DNA of 64,000 nt from an uncultured Alphaproteobacteria bacterium (GCA_963774775.1 CAVZGZ010000020.1:43889-107888); one strand, 5' to 3'. Positions 41,518-53,506 are shown, counted from the first letter of the stretch. Notes: generated by a model not told the origin, from the letters alone. Made by a program: numbers and translations.

Positions 41518-41624
41518 GGTGATACCCCCTACAGCAACTGCTCTCGTATTGCTCTGTCTTGCTCCCTTGGCGGAGCTGATCCTATCGTGCGGCGAATGTC
41601 ATACCAGACGGGTAAAGAGAAATC

Positions 41625-42935
41625 ATGACAAGGGGTCGCAGGGCAAGGGCGAGACTGCGCGCGATCTCGATCGCGGCGACCGCACTCGCGTTGCTCGGCG
41701 CGCGCGCTGCAATATCGCAGCCGGCGCCGCGCGACACGCCCGGCCTCTCCCAGGGCGGCGGCCTGTCGCGCGACGAGGTGCGGCGCAGGGCCGAGCGGTT
41801 GAGCGAACTCGGGCGAGCGCTGTTCTTTGATCCCGCGCTGTCGGGCTCAGGGAAAATGGCCTGCTCGTCATGCCACGATCCGGACCACGCCTTCGGTCCC
41901 GCGAACGACAGGGCGGTCCAGCTTGGCGGTAGCGACATGCGGCAGCCGGGGCAGCGGGCCGTGCCCTCGCTGAAATATCTCCAGGCCGTGCCTGCGTTCA
42001 CCGAGCACTTCTTCGAGTCGGAAGACGATGCCGACGAGAGCGTGGACAATGGTCCGACCGGCGGCCTGACATGGGACGGCCGCGTAGACCGTGGCCGCGA
42101 CCAGGCGAAGATCCCGCTGTTGTCGCCGTTCGAGATGGACAATGCCGACGCGGCCGAGGTCGTCCGTCATCTTCTCGCGGCCGGCTACGGCGACAAAATC
42201 GCCGCCACGCTCGGCAGACCGGATACACCTGATACCGACACCCTGTTCGCCACCGCGGCCAAAGCACTCGAGGTTTTCCAGCAGGACTACCGGAGTTTCT
42301 ACCCCTACACGAGCAAGTACGACGCTTTCCTTGCCGGCAACGCGACGCTGACACCACAGGAAGCCCGCGGACTGGAGCTGTTCAACGATGCCGAAAAAGG
42401 TAACTGCAACTCCTGCCATATCAGCCGGCGCGGCAAGGATGGAACGCCGCCGCAGTTCACGGACTACGGCCTGATCGCGCTCGGGGTGCCGCGCAATCCG
42501 GAGATTCCCGCCAACCGGGATTCGAGCTATTTTGATCTCGGCCTCTGTGGCCCGCTCCGCACCGATTTGACCGATCGCCGGGATTATTGCGGAAGGTTTC
42601 GCACACCGACGCTGCGCAACGTGGCGCTGCGAAAGGTTTTCTATCATAACGGAATTTTTCGCTCGCTGCGACAGGCCGTGGAATTCTACGCCGAACGCGA
42701 AACCAATCCCGGCCGCTGGTTCGCGCGCAATGCGGACGGCAGCGTCAACACCTATGACGACTTGCCGCCGGACGCGAAGGCCAACGTCAACGTCGAGCCG
42801 CCGTTCAACCGGCACGTCGGCGATGCGCCGGCCCTCAGCGCGGCAGAGATCGACGACATGGTTGCGTTCCTCGGCACACTCACCGATGGCTATGTTACGC
42901 CGCCGCAGCCGGACGCCCGACGGTCAGCGCCATGA
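41625..42935 (+). CDS. diheme cytochrome c peroxidase / MauG superfamily protein
   Basis: LGRALFFDPALS, CSSCH and CNSCH heme motifs, WDGR, FRTPTLRNVA, FLGTLTDG. Confidence 0.9.
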   Translation: MTRGRRARARLRAISIAATALALLGARAAISQPAPRDTPGLSQGGGLSRDEVRRRAERLSELGRALFFDPALSGSGKMACSSCHDPDHAFGPANDRAVQLGGSDMRQPGQRAVPSLKYLQAVPAFTEHFFESEDDADESVDNGPTGGLTWDGRVDRGRDQAKIPLLSPFEMDNADAAEVVRHLLAAGYGDKIAATLGRPDTPDTDTLFATAAKALEVFQQDYRSFYPYTSKYDAFLAGNATLTPQEARGLELFNDAEKGNCNSCHISRRGKDGTPPQFTDYGLIALGVPRNPEIPANRDSSYFDLGLCGPLRTDLTDRRDYCGRFRTPTLRNVALRKVFYHNGIFRSLRQAVEFYAERETNPGRWFARNADGSVNTYDDLPPDAKANVNVEPPFNRHVGDAPALSAAEIDDMVAFLGTLTDGYVTPPQPDARRSAP

Positions 42936-42940
42936 GAGGC

Positions 42941-42996
42941 TTGGCAGTCAAGTTTTTTCAGTCAAGTTTTGGCAGTCAAGTCTTGCCAATCAACTC
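42941..42996. repeat. 14-bp tandem repeat, four copies
   Basis: TTGGCAGTCAAGTT, TTTTCAGTCAAGTT, TTGGCAGTCAAGTC, TTGCCAATCAACTC. Confidence 0.8.
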
Positions 42997-43196
42997 CCGA
43001 GATCCACGATCCGGGCGATCGCGTCGACGCCTTGGCCCTGGGTTGCCACCTCGCCGCTGTCGTGGACGCTGAGGATGGCTCCGTTCGCGAAACGAAGGAT
43101 CCACGCGTCGTCGCTGTCGTTGCGACGGCGATCGGTCAATTCGATGCCCGCCGCAGAGATCTGTGCAATGGCTTTGTCGACATCCATGAGCGCCAC
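42990..43196 (-). CDS. small hypothetical protein
   Basis: MDVDKAIAQISAAGIELTDRRRNDSDDAWILRFANGAILSVHDSGEVATQGQGVDAIARIVDLGS; GAGG precedes the Met at 43187. Confidence 0.6.
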   Translation of the reverse strand: MALMDVDKAIAQISAAGIELTDRRRNDSDDAWILRFANGAILSVHDSGEVATQGQGVDAIARIVDLGS

Positions 43197-43330
43197 CTCA
43201 ACAAGAATACTACTGCGCTATTAGCGATCTAACACAAGGTGAAGTCAAGGCGACCGCAGCCTTTGCAGCCCCGAAGCCAACTCGGCCATCACGTTGGCTC
43301 GCGTAAAGGTTGGGACACGTAAGCAGGTGT

Positions 43331-43406
43331 AGGTCGATCGAAGAAAAAGCCATACGTTCAATTTTGCTTGAGCCCTTTGGTCACCCTTGGTGTCGCTGCT
43401 AACGCG
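43331..43406 (+). pseudogene. decayed copy of the 5' end of the 39433 secreted-protein gene
   Basis: AGGTCGATCG...ATACGTTCAAT...TTGAGCC...TCACCCTTGGTG...GCTAA aligns with 39412-39489; ATG changed to ATA. Confidence 0.7.
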
Positions 43407-43416
43407 AAGGCCGGTT

Positions 43417-44568
<1,152 letters not shown>

Positions 44569-44629
44569 GACGGGTTGGCCAGGGGATTGGATTGTCGGCT
44601 GATAAGACGCGAGCGTAGGCGATGTGCCG

Positions 44630-44882
44630 TCATTCGACGACGTTCAGGAAACGTTTTTTGGCGAAAGCCTTTCCGGAGCCGGATTTGAAATACGGCTCAA
44701 GGCTGCGAGCCGTTGCTTCATTGGCCACCGCTACATACGAGCGCAGAACTAGCGGCAAATACTTCTCGTGGAAATGACATGCCCTTGCTGATGAGATGCA
44801 AATCGTCGGCGAAGATCATCGGTCGAGCCGATATAGATGTCGCCGTTGCTGAGCTCGAGGAAAATAGAATAACGTACCACAC
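44630..44882 (-). pseudogene. GIY-YIG nuclease family protein, two frameshifts
   Basis: Joined across frames: MWYV..FLELSNGDIYIGSTDDLRRRFASHQQGHVISTR.YLPLVLRSYVAV..EATARSLEPYFKSGSGKAFAKKRF. Confidence 0.75.
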
Positions 44883-44890
44883 GCGGCAAC

Positions 44891-44981
44891 CGTCTCCCTA
44901 CGCTCCTTCGGAGCTTCGGGAGACACCCTTCGCCCTTCAGTCTTCGGGTGGCCTGCCACCCGAAGCCCGCAGGGCGAAGGG
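44891..44981. repeat. hairpin-rich repeat directly after the tRNA 3' end
   Basis: GTCTCCC..GCTCCTTCGGAGC..GGGAGAC and CCCTTCGCCCT..TTCGGGTGGC/GCCACCCGAA..AGGGCGAAGGG nested inverted repeats. Confidence 0.6.
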
Positions 44982-45075
44982 TGGCGGAGCCGGAGGGATT
45001 CGAACCCTCGATAGGGCTTTACAACCCTATAACGGTTTAGCAAACCGCCGCCTTCAGCCACTCGGCCACAGCTCC
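44982..45075 (-). tRNA. tRNA-Ser (GCT)
   Basis: GGAGCTGTGGCCGAGTGGCTGAAGGCGGCGGTTTGCTAAACCGTT...GGTTCGAATCCCTCCGGCTCCGCCA; long variable arm, encoded CCA. Confidence 0.97.
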
Positions 45076-45859
45076 GTAAGGCCGATATGCCCGACACGGC
45101 GGCGAGCCGCAAGCGGCAGATTCAGGTAGCGGCGAGGTGATTTGGTGGCGCGGCTGCTTTGGGCGTCCGCGATCAAGCTAATCCGGCGCGCCACGATGCC
45201 GTTTCGAGGCCTGTCGCAAGGCTTTTCCTTGTTTTCGCAAGCTCGAGAGCGCCGCGACTGCCAGCGTACTCTCGCAGGCCGCGATATGCCGGGCGCCACC
45301 AAGCTGGGTTTCATTGACGTAGTGGGGATGTGCTGGCGAGAGATTGCGCGTGTGCGATTCGGTCGCGTCGCCGATCCGCTCGACCGGGTTGCGGCCGTTG
45401 CTCCAGCTGCCGTTCGGCGGAAGCGCAGTTAATCCGCAAGAATAAAGGGCTTTTGTGATTCCGTACCCCTTGTTCAGCAAAGCCCTGTCCGCTCCTGCTG
45501 ATCGGGAACAAGCGCTGAGCCTTTATAATAGTGCGCCATCAAGTGGCGTCATGGGAGCCTCGAATCCTTGTTTGAAGCGGCGCGCGCGTCGATCATCCTC
45601 TGGAGAATCGAGAGGGCCGATTGCTCAATTCGATACGAGTGGATGCGCTGAAGGAGCGATGCTGTCGTCAGGGCCCGTCAGACGGCAATAGAAGCGTCAA
45701 ATGGAACTCATAAAAATTACCATTATAAAACAATATCTTACGACCATCGCCGGATCACATCTGCGTGTTATTTGTGCAACACCCGCCGGAAAACCGGCGC
45801 AGACAGGCCGTTCAGAGCGGTTCCTTTGTTGCGTGTGCAGGGACCTTCGGTAATTGTGG

Positions 45860-46049
45860 TGTGGCGACGGAGGGGGGCATCCCGAGGTCGTCCCGTTTTA
45901 GGTGGTTCGCTTAAGTCCCTCGCGTTCATGCGGGTGTGTCCGAAGGCGCGAAGCGACTGAGCGGGTTTCAAGGGACAAGGGAACCAACCTTAGGGTGTTT
46001 CACCCAGCGGATCCGGAACCTTCCCTACAGAGCAACTTGGAGGTTTAAC
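45860..46049 (+). promoter_or_regulatory. structured 5' leader of the porin gene
   Basis: Nested stems AGGTGGTTC/GAACCAACCT, GTCCCT/AGGGAC, GGGTG/CACCC; candidate promoter TTGCGT...TAATTG at about 45829-45856. Confidence 0.5.
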
Positions 46050-47586
46050 ATGAAGATGGTTAAGAGCCTTATTCTCGGCTCAGCGGCGGGTCTTCTCGCC
46101 ATGAGTGGGGCACAGGCAGCCGATCTTCCCGTCAAGGCCAAAGCGGTCGAGTACGTGAAGATTTGCTCCCTGTACGGTGCCGGTTTCTACTACATCCCGG
46201 GCACTGATACTTGCATCAAGCTGGGTGGCTATCTGCGCGTCGACTTGGCGCTCAACGGCAACGACTATGGCCCGGGCTTGTCCAGCGTCCTTGGTGCGAA
46301 CAATCGTCTGACCAACTACTACTACAGCCGTTCCCGTTCGGACTTCACCATCGATACCCGCACCGCGACCGAATACGGCGTGGTTCGTACCTTCGCGGAC
46401 ATGGTGTTCAGCTGGACGACCGGTGCCTACACCGGCAGCGCGCCCGGCGCGTACTCCGATACGTTGGCCGGCGCAGTTGGCGGCAGCTCGATCGGCGGCG
46501 CCAGCCTCGGTCTCTACCATGCGTTCATCCAGTTCGCTGGATTCACGCTGGGTCGCACGGTCTCGGCCTTCGACGCGCCGTGGCAGAGCTATCCGGCTGG
46601 CGGTCCTGACACCCTTCCGGGCGGCAGCAACCACGTCACCGGCGTGAACCAGGCGACCTACACCGCCCAGTTCGGCAATGGCGTGTCGGGTTCGATCTCG
46701 GTTCAGGATCCGACCCTTCAGGATACCACCAACATCCCCAACTTGTCGTATCTCGCGGCTGCGGCACGGCCGCTCAGCGGCACCGTCGGCACCAACAGCT
46801 TCGGCGGCACGCGTGCTCCCGACATCATCGGTAAGATTGCCGTCGATCAGGCTTGGGGTCTGGCCCAGTTGTCGGTGGTTGCTCATGACAACCACGTCTC
46901 GTACTACGGTACGACCGAGCCCACCGGTCATCCCGGTGACAAGTGGGGCTGGGCGATTCAGGGTGCCTTGTCGATCAAGAACATCCCGACTGGTCCTGGT
47001 GACGTCATCAACATGCAGGCCGTTTATACGGATGGTGCAAGCCGCTACAACTTCAACAGCTTGATGCCGACCGCGTTCGCGATGTACGGCGGCACCGGAT
47101 TGGCTGGTGCGTACCAGAGCATCGGTTTCGCCGCCATTTCCGATGCGACGTACTTCGGTACGTCGACGGCTACGGGCACCGGGCTCGAGACGGTCAAGAC
47201 CTGGGGCTTCCGCGGTGGTTACACCCACAACTGGAATCCCAACTGGGCCAGTGCCATCTACGGTGCGTATGCTTCGTTGCAGTATGGTGGCAATGCCAAG
47301 ACAACTCTCTGCGCCCCCGGCACAGGCCTCTTGATTACGACGCTTGGCCTGACCGGTGCCTGCAACCCCGACTTCAACATGGCTGTGATCGGTGTCAACA
47401 CGGTCTGGACCCCGGTCAAGAACCTTGCCTTCACGGCCGACGTCAACTGGACGCGTCTGGACCAGAAGTTCTCGGGCACGGTTGCGGTCCCGGCGGTTTT
47501 GGGCGTTTCCAAGCCGGCAGCTGTGTACGAGCTGAAGGACCAGAACGCGGTCTCCGCTGCTGCTCCGCGCTCAGCGCAACTGGTAA
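46050..47586 (+). CDS. alphaproteobacterial porin (Omp2/RopA, Porin_2); frameshift in the last codons
   Basis: AQAADLPVKAKAVEYVKICSLYGAGFYYIPGTDTCIKLGGYLR; true C-terminus LLLRAQRNW* in an adjacent frame; GGAGG RBS. Confidence 0.93.
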
Positions 47587-47611
47587 GACTTGGTCTAACG
47601 ACCTGATACAG

Positions 47612-47646
47612 AACCCCGGCAGGAAACTGCCGGGGTTTTTCTTTTT
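47612..47646 (+). terminator. intrinsic terminator of the porin gene
   Basis: AACCCCGGCAG-GAAA-CTGCCGGGGTT followed by a T-rich tract. Confidence 0.9.
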
Positions 47647-47717
47647 GGAGGATGCGCTTAGGCCGGCTGGTTGCTATCCGGTCCCGTCGGGATACGACAG
47701 TGAATCTGTCCCAATTC

Positions 47718-48158
47718 CGTGCCGGGCTGTCTGGCCAACAGCGAGCCTGGCAACGCGTTCGGCAAATTCCTTGTTGTGAGTAGCCCTGAAAAATATCGGC
47801 ATCGGTGTAGGCCTTCTTGATCAGATCGCCGCGGTCTTGCAATCGACGCCGACCTTCACTGAAGCAAAGGCCGGAACGGATGACTTAGGACACGGGATCG
47901 GTCAGCGCCAGTCTGCCCTGATCGATCAGCATGATCGCCGCGAGGCTCGTGATCGGCTTCATCATCGAGTGAAGCGCAAACATGGTGTCTGAGGTCATCG
48001 GCGATTTGGTGGCGACATCGACGGACGCCGAAGCACTTGAGATAAATCGGCCGTCCGTGCTGCCAAATCAGAACGACCGCACCGGCAAGCTTTCCAGTTG
48101 AGACTTCATTGTCGAAAAATTCTGGACAGGTGCTCCAGCCGAGCTGCGGACGGCGCGG
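47718..48158 (-). pseudogene. decayed partial copy of the serine hydrolase gene at 55104-56411
   Basis: Aligns with about 55746-56281, e.g. CGTTCGGCAAATTCCTTGTTGT, TAGGCCTTCTTGATCAGATCGCCG, CGAAGCACTTGAGATAAA; with indels and a deletion. Confidence 0.85.
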
Positions 48159-48691
48159 CCTTGCCGGCTTCAGTCCCCAACGCGGGCGGGCATCCTGCTT
48201 CCCGCCACCACCGAGATTGGTTGGTGTGTGTCAACGATGCTGACACAATTTTTAATTGTTGAGTTTGCGCCGGACCAATGAGAGGCTGCGATCGTTAGCT
48301 CCACCTGTTATTTTGTTCAAACAAGGAGAGAGCAGTACATGCTGATAAGAGCGCGTGGTCCAAGACGCTACCGACAGCACTGCTTCAAGGCTGGCATCGA
48401 CCGAAAGAAGCATTACTTCTTAGCCGCCCCAAAATAACCGATCAGTCTCACGGTGCGACACCGTGCGTCGAGGATTTCCTGTGATGAACGCAATCGGCGG
48501 ACATCATGGTTCACGTTTCGACGGCAGTGCTGCCGGTCCGTCACAGGCAGCCCAATGCAAGGAGGATCAACAATGTTCTTGGCGAATAGAGTTCTTGCTC
48601 TCGGAGCGTTGTTAGCTATCGCGATAACGGCAAGCCCGCCGGTGAGGGTCGAAGTAACATAGGCTACTCGAAGAGCGGGTCGTGGTTTGCA

Positions 48692-49681
48692 ATGAGTTTC
48701 ACAGGCACGAAATTTAACGACGGACAATTGATCGAGCGTCCGACGGATGACGGGATGGTGTGTGTGCCGGGCGGCACTTTCCGCATGGGATCCGACAAGC
48801 ATTATCCGGAAGAAGCCCCGGCGCATCGCGTCACCGTGGACGGCTTCTGGATGGATCGTCATCCCGTCACAAACCGGCAATTCCACGCATTCGTGAAGGC
48901 TACTGGCCACGTCACCGTGGCCGAGATCGCGCCCGATCCAAGGGACTATCCCGGAATGCTCCCGCACATGGTCTATGCGGGCTCGCTAATGTTCTCGCCG
49001 CCAAACCATCCGGTCAGCCTGCGCGACTTCAGCCAGTGGTGGACGTTCGCCAAGGGCGCCAACTGGCGACACCCCTACGGACCCGGAAGCCGCATTCGCG
49101 GATTGGATGAGCATCCTGTCGTGCACGTGGCCTTCAGCGACGCACTCGCCTACGCGAAATGGGTCGGCAAGGATCTGCCAACCGAAGCGGAATGGGAGTT
49201 TGCGGCGCGCGGCGGGCTCGACGGCGCCGAATTTGCGTGGGGCGACGAGTTCACGCCGCAGGGCCGCCACATGGCCAATACCTGGCAGGGCGAATTTCCC
49301 CGCCAGAACACCAGGGACGACGGCTTCGAGCGCACCTCGCCGGTCACCGCATTCCCGCCGAACGGTTACGGACTGTACGACATGATCGGCAACGTCTGGG
49401 AGTGGACGGCCGACTGGTACTCGACACGGCACCAAGCCGATGCGCCGAAGGCCTGCTGCATCCCGGAGAACCCGCGCGGCGGCCGTGAGGCCGACAGCTA
49501 TGACCCCCGAACCACCAATGTGAAAATTCCACGAAAGGTCATCAAAGGCGGCTCGCATTTGTGCGCGCCGAACTACTGCCGACGCTACCGGCCGGCGGCA
49601 CGACACGCAGAGCCGGTCGACACCTCCACAAGTCATCTTGGCTTTCGATGTATTAGGCGAGGAGTCTCGGACGCAACATAA
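48692..49681 (+). CDS. formylglycine-generating enzyme (sulfatase-modifying factor)
   Basis: FRMGSD..YPEEAPAH, LPTEAEWEFAARGG, NGYGLYDMIGNVWEW, KGGSHLCAPNYCRRYRPAAR. Confidence 0.93.
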   Translation: MSFTGTKFNDGQLIERPTDDGMVCVPGGTFRMGSDKHYPEEAPAHRVTVDGFWMDRHPVTNRQFHAFVKATGHVTVAEIAPDPRDYPGMLPHMVYAGSLMFSPPNHPVSLRDFSQWWTFAKGANWRHPYGPGSRIRGLDEHPVVHVAFSDALAYAKWVGKDLPTEAEWEFAARGGLDGAEFAWGDEFTPQGRHMANTWQGEFPRQNTRDDGFERTSPVTAFPPNGYGLYDMIGNVWEWTADWYSTRHQADAPKACCIPENPRGGREADSYDPRTTNVKIPRKVIKGGSHLCAPNYCRRYRPAARHAEPVDTSTSHLGFRCIRRGVSDAT

Positions 49682-49697
49682 AAAGGAGAGCGACACC

Positions 49698-51482
49698 ATG
49701 TTGAATCGCACACTCGAGGACGAAGCCGACTTGCCGTCCCAACCGCTGCCAAGCAAGACGTCGGGATGGCACAAGCGATACTCCGTCACGCTGCTCGGCG
49801 CGACGATGTTGATGTCGCTGTCTGGACCAGCGCAGCACGCCAGCGGCGGCGCAGCAGCCGAAACCCAATATCCTTTTCATCATGGGCGACGACATCGGCT
49901 GGATGCAGCCGAGCATCTACCATCGCGGCCTGATGGTCGGCGAGACGCCCAACATCGACCGCATCGGAAACGACGGCGCGATCTTTATGACTATGTACGC
50001 CGAGCAGAGCTGCACCGCTGGACGCAACGCCTTCTTCACCGGTATGCATCCGCTGCGCACCGGCATGATTCCTCCGCAACTGCCCGGCAGCCCGTCCTGG
50101 CTGCGGCCCGGCACCCCGGCGGTCGCCAAGTTCCTGCTCGATCACGGCTACAACACCGGCGAGTTCGGCAAGAACCATCTCGGCGACAATGCCGAGGCCC
50201 TGCCGACCGCACACGGCTTCCAGGAGTTCTGGGGTTACCTGTACCACCTCGATGCGATGCAGGGCGTGAGCTTCCCCGACATCAACAAGAGTCCGACCGT
50301 GCAAGGGCGTTGCGCCTCCGTGCAAGAGCCAGTCCAGTCCCGGGCCTCACCGAGGTACCCGGTGCCGTCGACCCGCGGACAACGACCTGCCTGACGCCGC
50401 CGCGGCCGGTGCTCGCGTGCAAATCGTCGGACGGCATCGCAGAGCGAACCAGACCTGCAAGGACGAAGGCCCGTTGACGCTGGACCGATCGAAGGGGCGT
50501 GGACGAGGAGATCTCGGGCAAGGTGATCGATTTCCTCGATCGCAACGATCCGAAGAAGACAAACAAGCCGTTCTTCGTCTGGTACAACCCGGCGCGCATG
50601 CACATCACGACCGTGCTGCCGCCGAAATACGAGGCGATGATCGGTGAGCCGGGCGGCAAGGACTGGGGCCTCAACGAAGCCGGCATGAAGCAGATGGACG
50701 ACAACATCGGCTACGTCCTCAAGAAGCTCGAGGACATGGGCCAGCTCGACAATACACTTGTCGTCTTCACCACCGACAACGGCGCCGAGAACATCACCTT
50801 TCCCGACGGCGGCACCACCCCCTTCAAGGGCGGCAAGCTGACCACCTGGGAAGGCGGCATGCGGGCGCCGCTGGTTGCTCGCTGGCCGGGCCACATCAAG
50901 CCGGGCACGGTCAAGAACGAGATGATGTCGGCACTCGACTGGCTGCCGACCCTGGTCGACATCGCCGGCGGGCCGAAGGGCGATGCGCTGAAGAAGCAGA
51001 TCGAGGCCGGAAGCTATCCCGGCATCGTCAAGACCACGCTCGACGGCGTCGATCAGCGCGCCTATCTCGAAGGCACGTCGGACAAATCGGCGCGCGAAGT
51101 CTTCTTCTACTACACCGGCGCGCAGCCGTCGGCAGTGCGCTACAAGAACTGGAAGTTCTACTACACGATGGTGCCGGACACCGGAACCGGCGGGTTGTTC
51201 GGGGCCCAATCCTTCCACTGGACCCAGATCGCCAACATCAAGCGTGATCCGTTCGAGCAGACCGTTGGCTCCGATGCCAAGTCGTTGCTGGGCTATGCCG
51301 GTTCGATCGGCTCGCCAAGCACCGCCTATCTCTACGACTGGAACATCCTGCCGATCGGTCAGCTGCTCTGGGAAAAGGAGCTCTTTTCGTACAAGGACTT
51401 CCCGCCGATGCAGGCGCCGGAGACCTACAATCTCGACGGCATCCTTGCCGAAATGAAGAAGTCCGGCCATCAGAGCGAATGA
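49698..51482 (+). CDS. arylsulfatase 1; several frameshifts around 49840 and 50300-50500
   Basis: KPNILFIMGDDIG, SCTAGR, FGKNHLG, FTTDNG, GKLTTWEGGMRAP. Confidence 0.88.
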
Positions 51483-51726
51483 TCTGGCGCACCTCAAGAA
51501 GTCGAGCAACCGGAGCGACTAAGGACTGATGTTAATTCGGCGGGCGCCCTGAAGGGGAAGCCCGTCGATAACGGCGATAGCATTCTAATCCACGCGCGGC
51601 GGTCAGGTGGCGTCCACCGTCGAGCTACTGCCAGCTATCGTCCGGCCGCGCGTCACGCGCCGAGCCGATCGACACCTCAGCAAGCCATGTCGGCTTCAGG
51701 TGCATCACCAGGAAGAGGATCACGTC

Positions 51727-53430
51727 ATGAGCAACGATAAGATTGCGGAAAAGCCTGAGATGAGCGCGGAACCGATCGGCGGAGGATTGAAACGCCGCGA
51801 TTTATTGCTGAGCGGGAGTTCTCTCGTTGCCGCTTCGGCACTCTCCGCCGTCGGACTGACAAGCTCCGCGCAGGCGCAGCAACCAACACCGGCGCCAGCC
51901 GGGCAGCGGCCGAACATCGTCGTCATCATGGGTGACGACATCGGCATGTGGAATACAGGCGCTTATCACCGTGGTCTGATGGCTGGCCGGACGCCGAATC
52001 TCGACAAGCTCGCCGCCGAAGGCATGTTGTTTACCGATTACTACGCCGAAGCGAGTTGCACGGCAGGCCGCGCCAACTTCATCACCGGTGAATTGCCGAT
52101 CCGCACAGGCATGACCACGGTGGGCCAGGCCGGCGCAGCCATCGGGATACCCGCGCAGGCGGTGACGATTGCCACTGCATTGAAGGGGATGGGCTACGCG
52201 ACCGGCCAGTTCGGCAAGAACCATCTTGGCGACAAGAATGAATTCTTGCCGACGGTGCACGGCTTCGACGAGTTCTTCGGTTACCTCTATCACCTCGACG
52301 CAATGGAAGATCCTGCGCACCCTGGTTACCCCCAGGAGCTGTTGAACACGGTCGGTCCGCGCAACATGCTCCATACGTATGCGACCAACGTGGACGACCC
52401 CACCGTGGATCCACGCTGGGGCAAGGTCGGCAAACAGAAGATCGAAGACGCGGGAACGCTCTATCCGAAGCGGATGGAAACTGTAGACGACGAAATCCGC
52501 GATCTAGCCCTAAAGTTCATCGACAAGGCCAAGGCCGACAACAAGCCGTTCTTCCTGTGGCTCAATCCGACCCGCATGCACATCGTCACTCATCTATCGC
52601 CCAAGTACGAAGCGTTGCGCAATTCCAAGAACGGCTGGACCATTCATGAAGCCGGCATGGCCCAGCTCGACGATGACGTCGGGCTCGTGATGCAGAAGCT
52701 GAAGGACATGGGCGTCGACGACAACACCATCGTGGTCTTCACCACCGACAACGGCACCGAGGTCTTCACCTGGCCCGATGGCGGACAGACACCGTTCGCG
52801 CAGAGCAAAGGCACGGTCTTCGAAGGCGGTTTCCGCGTGCCGTGCATGATCCGCTGGCCGGGCAAGGTGCCGGCGGGCAAAGTCGAAAACGGCATCATCT
52901 CCGGGCTGGACTGGTTCCCGACGTTCCTTGCCGCCGCCGGTAACCCGAACATCGGCGAAGAGCTGAAGAAGGGCAAGCAGATCGGTGATACGACCTACAA
53001 GGTCCATCTGGACGGTTATAACCAGATGGACATGATCACTGGCAAGGGACCGTCGAACCGGCACGAAATCTGGTACTTCGGCGAAAGCGAACTGGGTGCC
53101 GTGCGGATCGACGACTTCAAGTATCGTTTCATCGACCAGCCCGGCGGCTGGCTGGGCGACAAGACCAAGCCGGACGTGCCCTACTTGATCAATCTTCGCC
53201 TCGATCCTTTCGAGCGCACCGGCTGGCCCAATAGCGGGACCAAAGAAGGCGCCCAGCAATATTTCGACTGGTTCAAGTACGAATTCTGGCGCTTTGTCTT
53301 TGTTCAGCAGCAGGTGGAAAAGCTGGCAATGACTGCGGTCGAATTCCCGCCGATGCAAAGGGGCGCGAGCTTCAACCTGAGCGCCGTGAAAGAGAAAATA
53401 GAGGCTGCCAGGGCGGCGATGGCTAAGTAG
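51727..53430 (+). CDS. arylsulfatase 2, Tat-exported
   Basis: KRRDLL Tat motif, PNIVVIMGDDIG, SCTAGR, FGKNHLG, FEGGFRVP. Confidence 0.93.
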   Translation: MSNDKIAEKPEMSAEPIGGGLKRRDLLLSGSSLVAASALSAVGLTSSAQAQQPTPAPAGQRPNIVVIMGDDIGMWNTGAYHRGLMAGRTPNLDKLAAEGMLFTDYYAEASCTAGRANFITGELPIRTGMTTVGQAGAAIGIPAQAVTIATALKGMGYATGQFGKNHLGDKNEFLPTVHGFDEFFGYLYHLDAMEDPAHPGYPQELLNTVGPRNMLHTYATNVDDPTVDPRWGKVGKQKIEDAGTLYPKRMETVDDEIRDLALKFIDKAKADNKPFFLWLNPTRMHIVTHLSPKYEALRNSKNGWTIHEAGMAQLDDDVGLVMQKLKDMGVDDNTIVVFTTDNGTEVFTWPDGGQTPFAQSKGTVFEGGFRVPCMIRWPGKVPAGKVENGIISGLDWFPTFLAAAGNPNIGEELKKGKQIGDTTYKVHLDGYNQMDMITGKGPSNRHEIWYFGESELGAVRIDDFKYRFIDQPGGWLGDKTKPDVPYLINLRLDPFERTGWPNSGTKEGAQQYFDWFKYEFWRFVFVQQQVEKLAMTAVEFPPMQRGASFNLSAVKEKIEAARAAMAK

Positions 53431-53506
53431 CCGCCGAGCTTCGATTGATTTATGGCGGGCGCGCCGAGTTCCTGTGCGCCCGCCTGGCAACCGAAGGGGG
53501 GCGACT

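Noticed and set aside
41568-41576. TGGCGGAGC match to the tRNA-Ser 3' end as an att site
   Set aside because: Only 9 bp in GC-rich DNA, inside the acpA-ccp promoter region, with no integrase nearby.
48340-48438. 32-codon ORF with a GGAGAG RBS upstream of the FGE gene
   Set aside because: No recognisable features, and it lies among decayed fragments; it cannot be supported as a gene.
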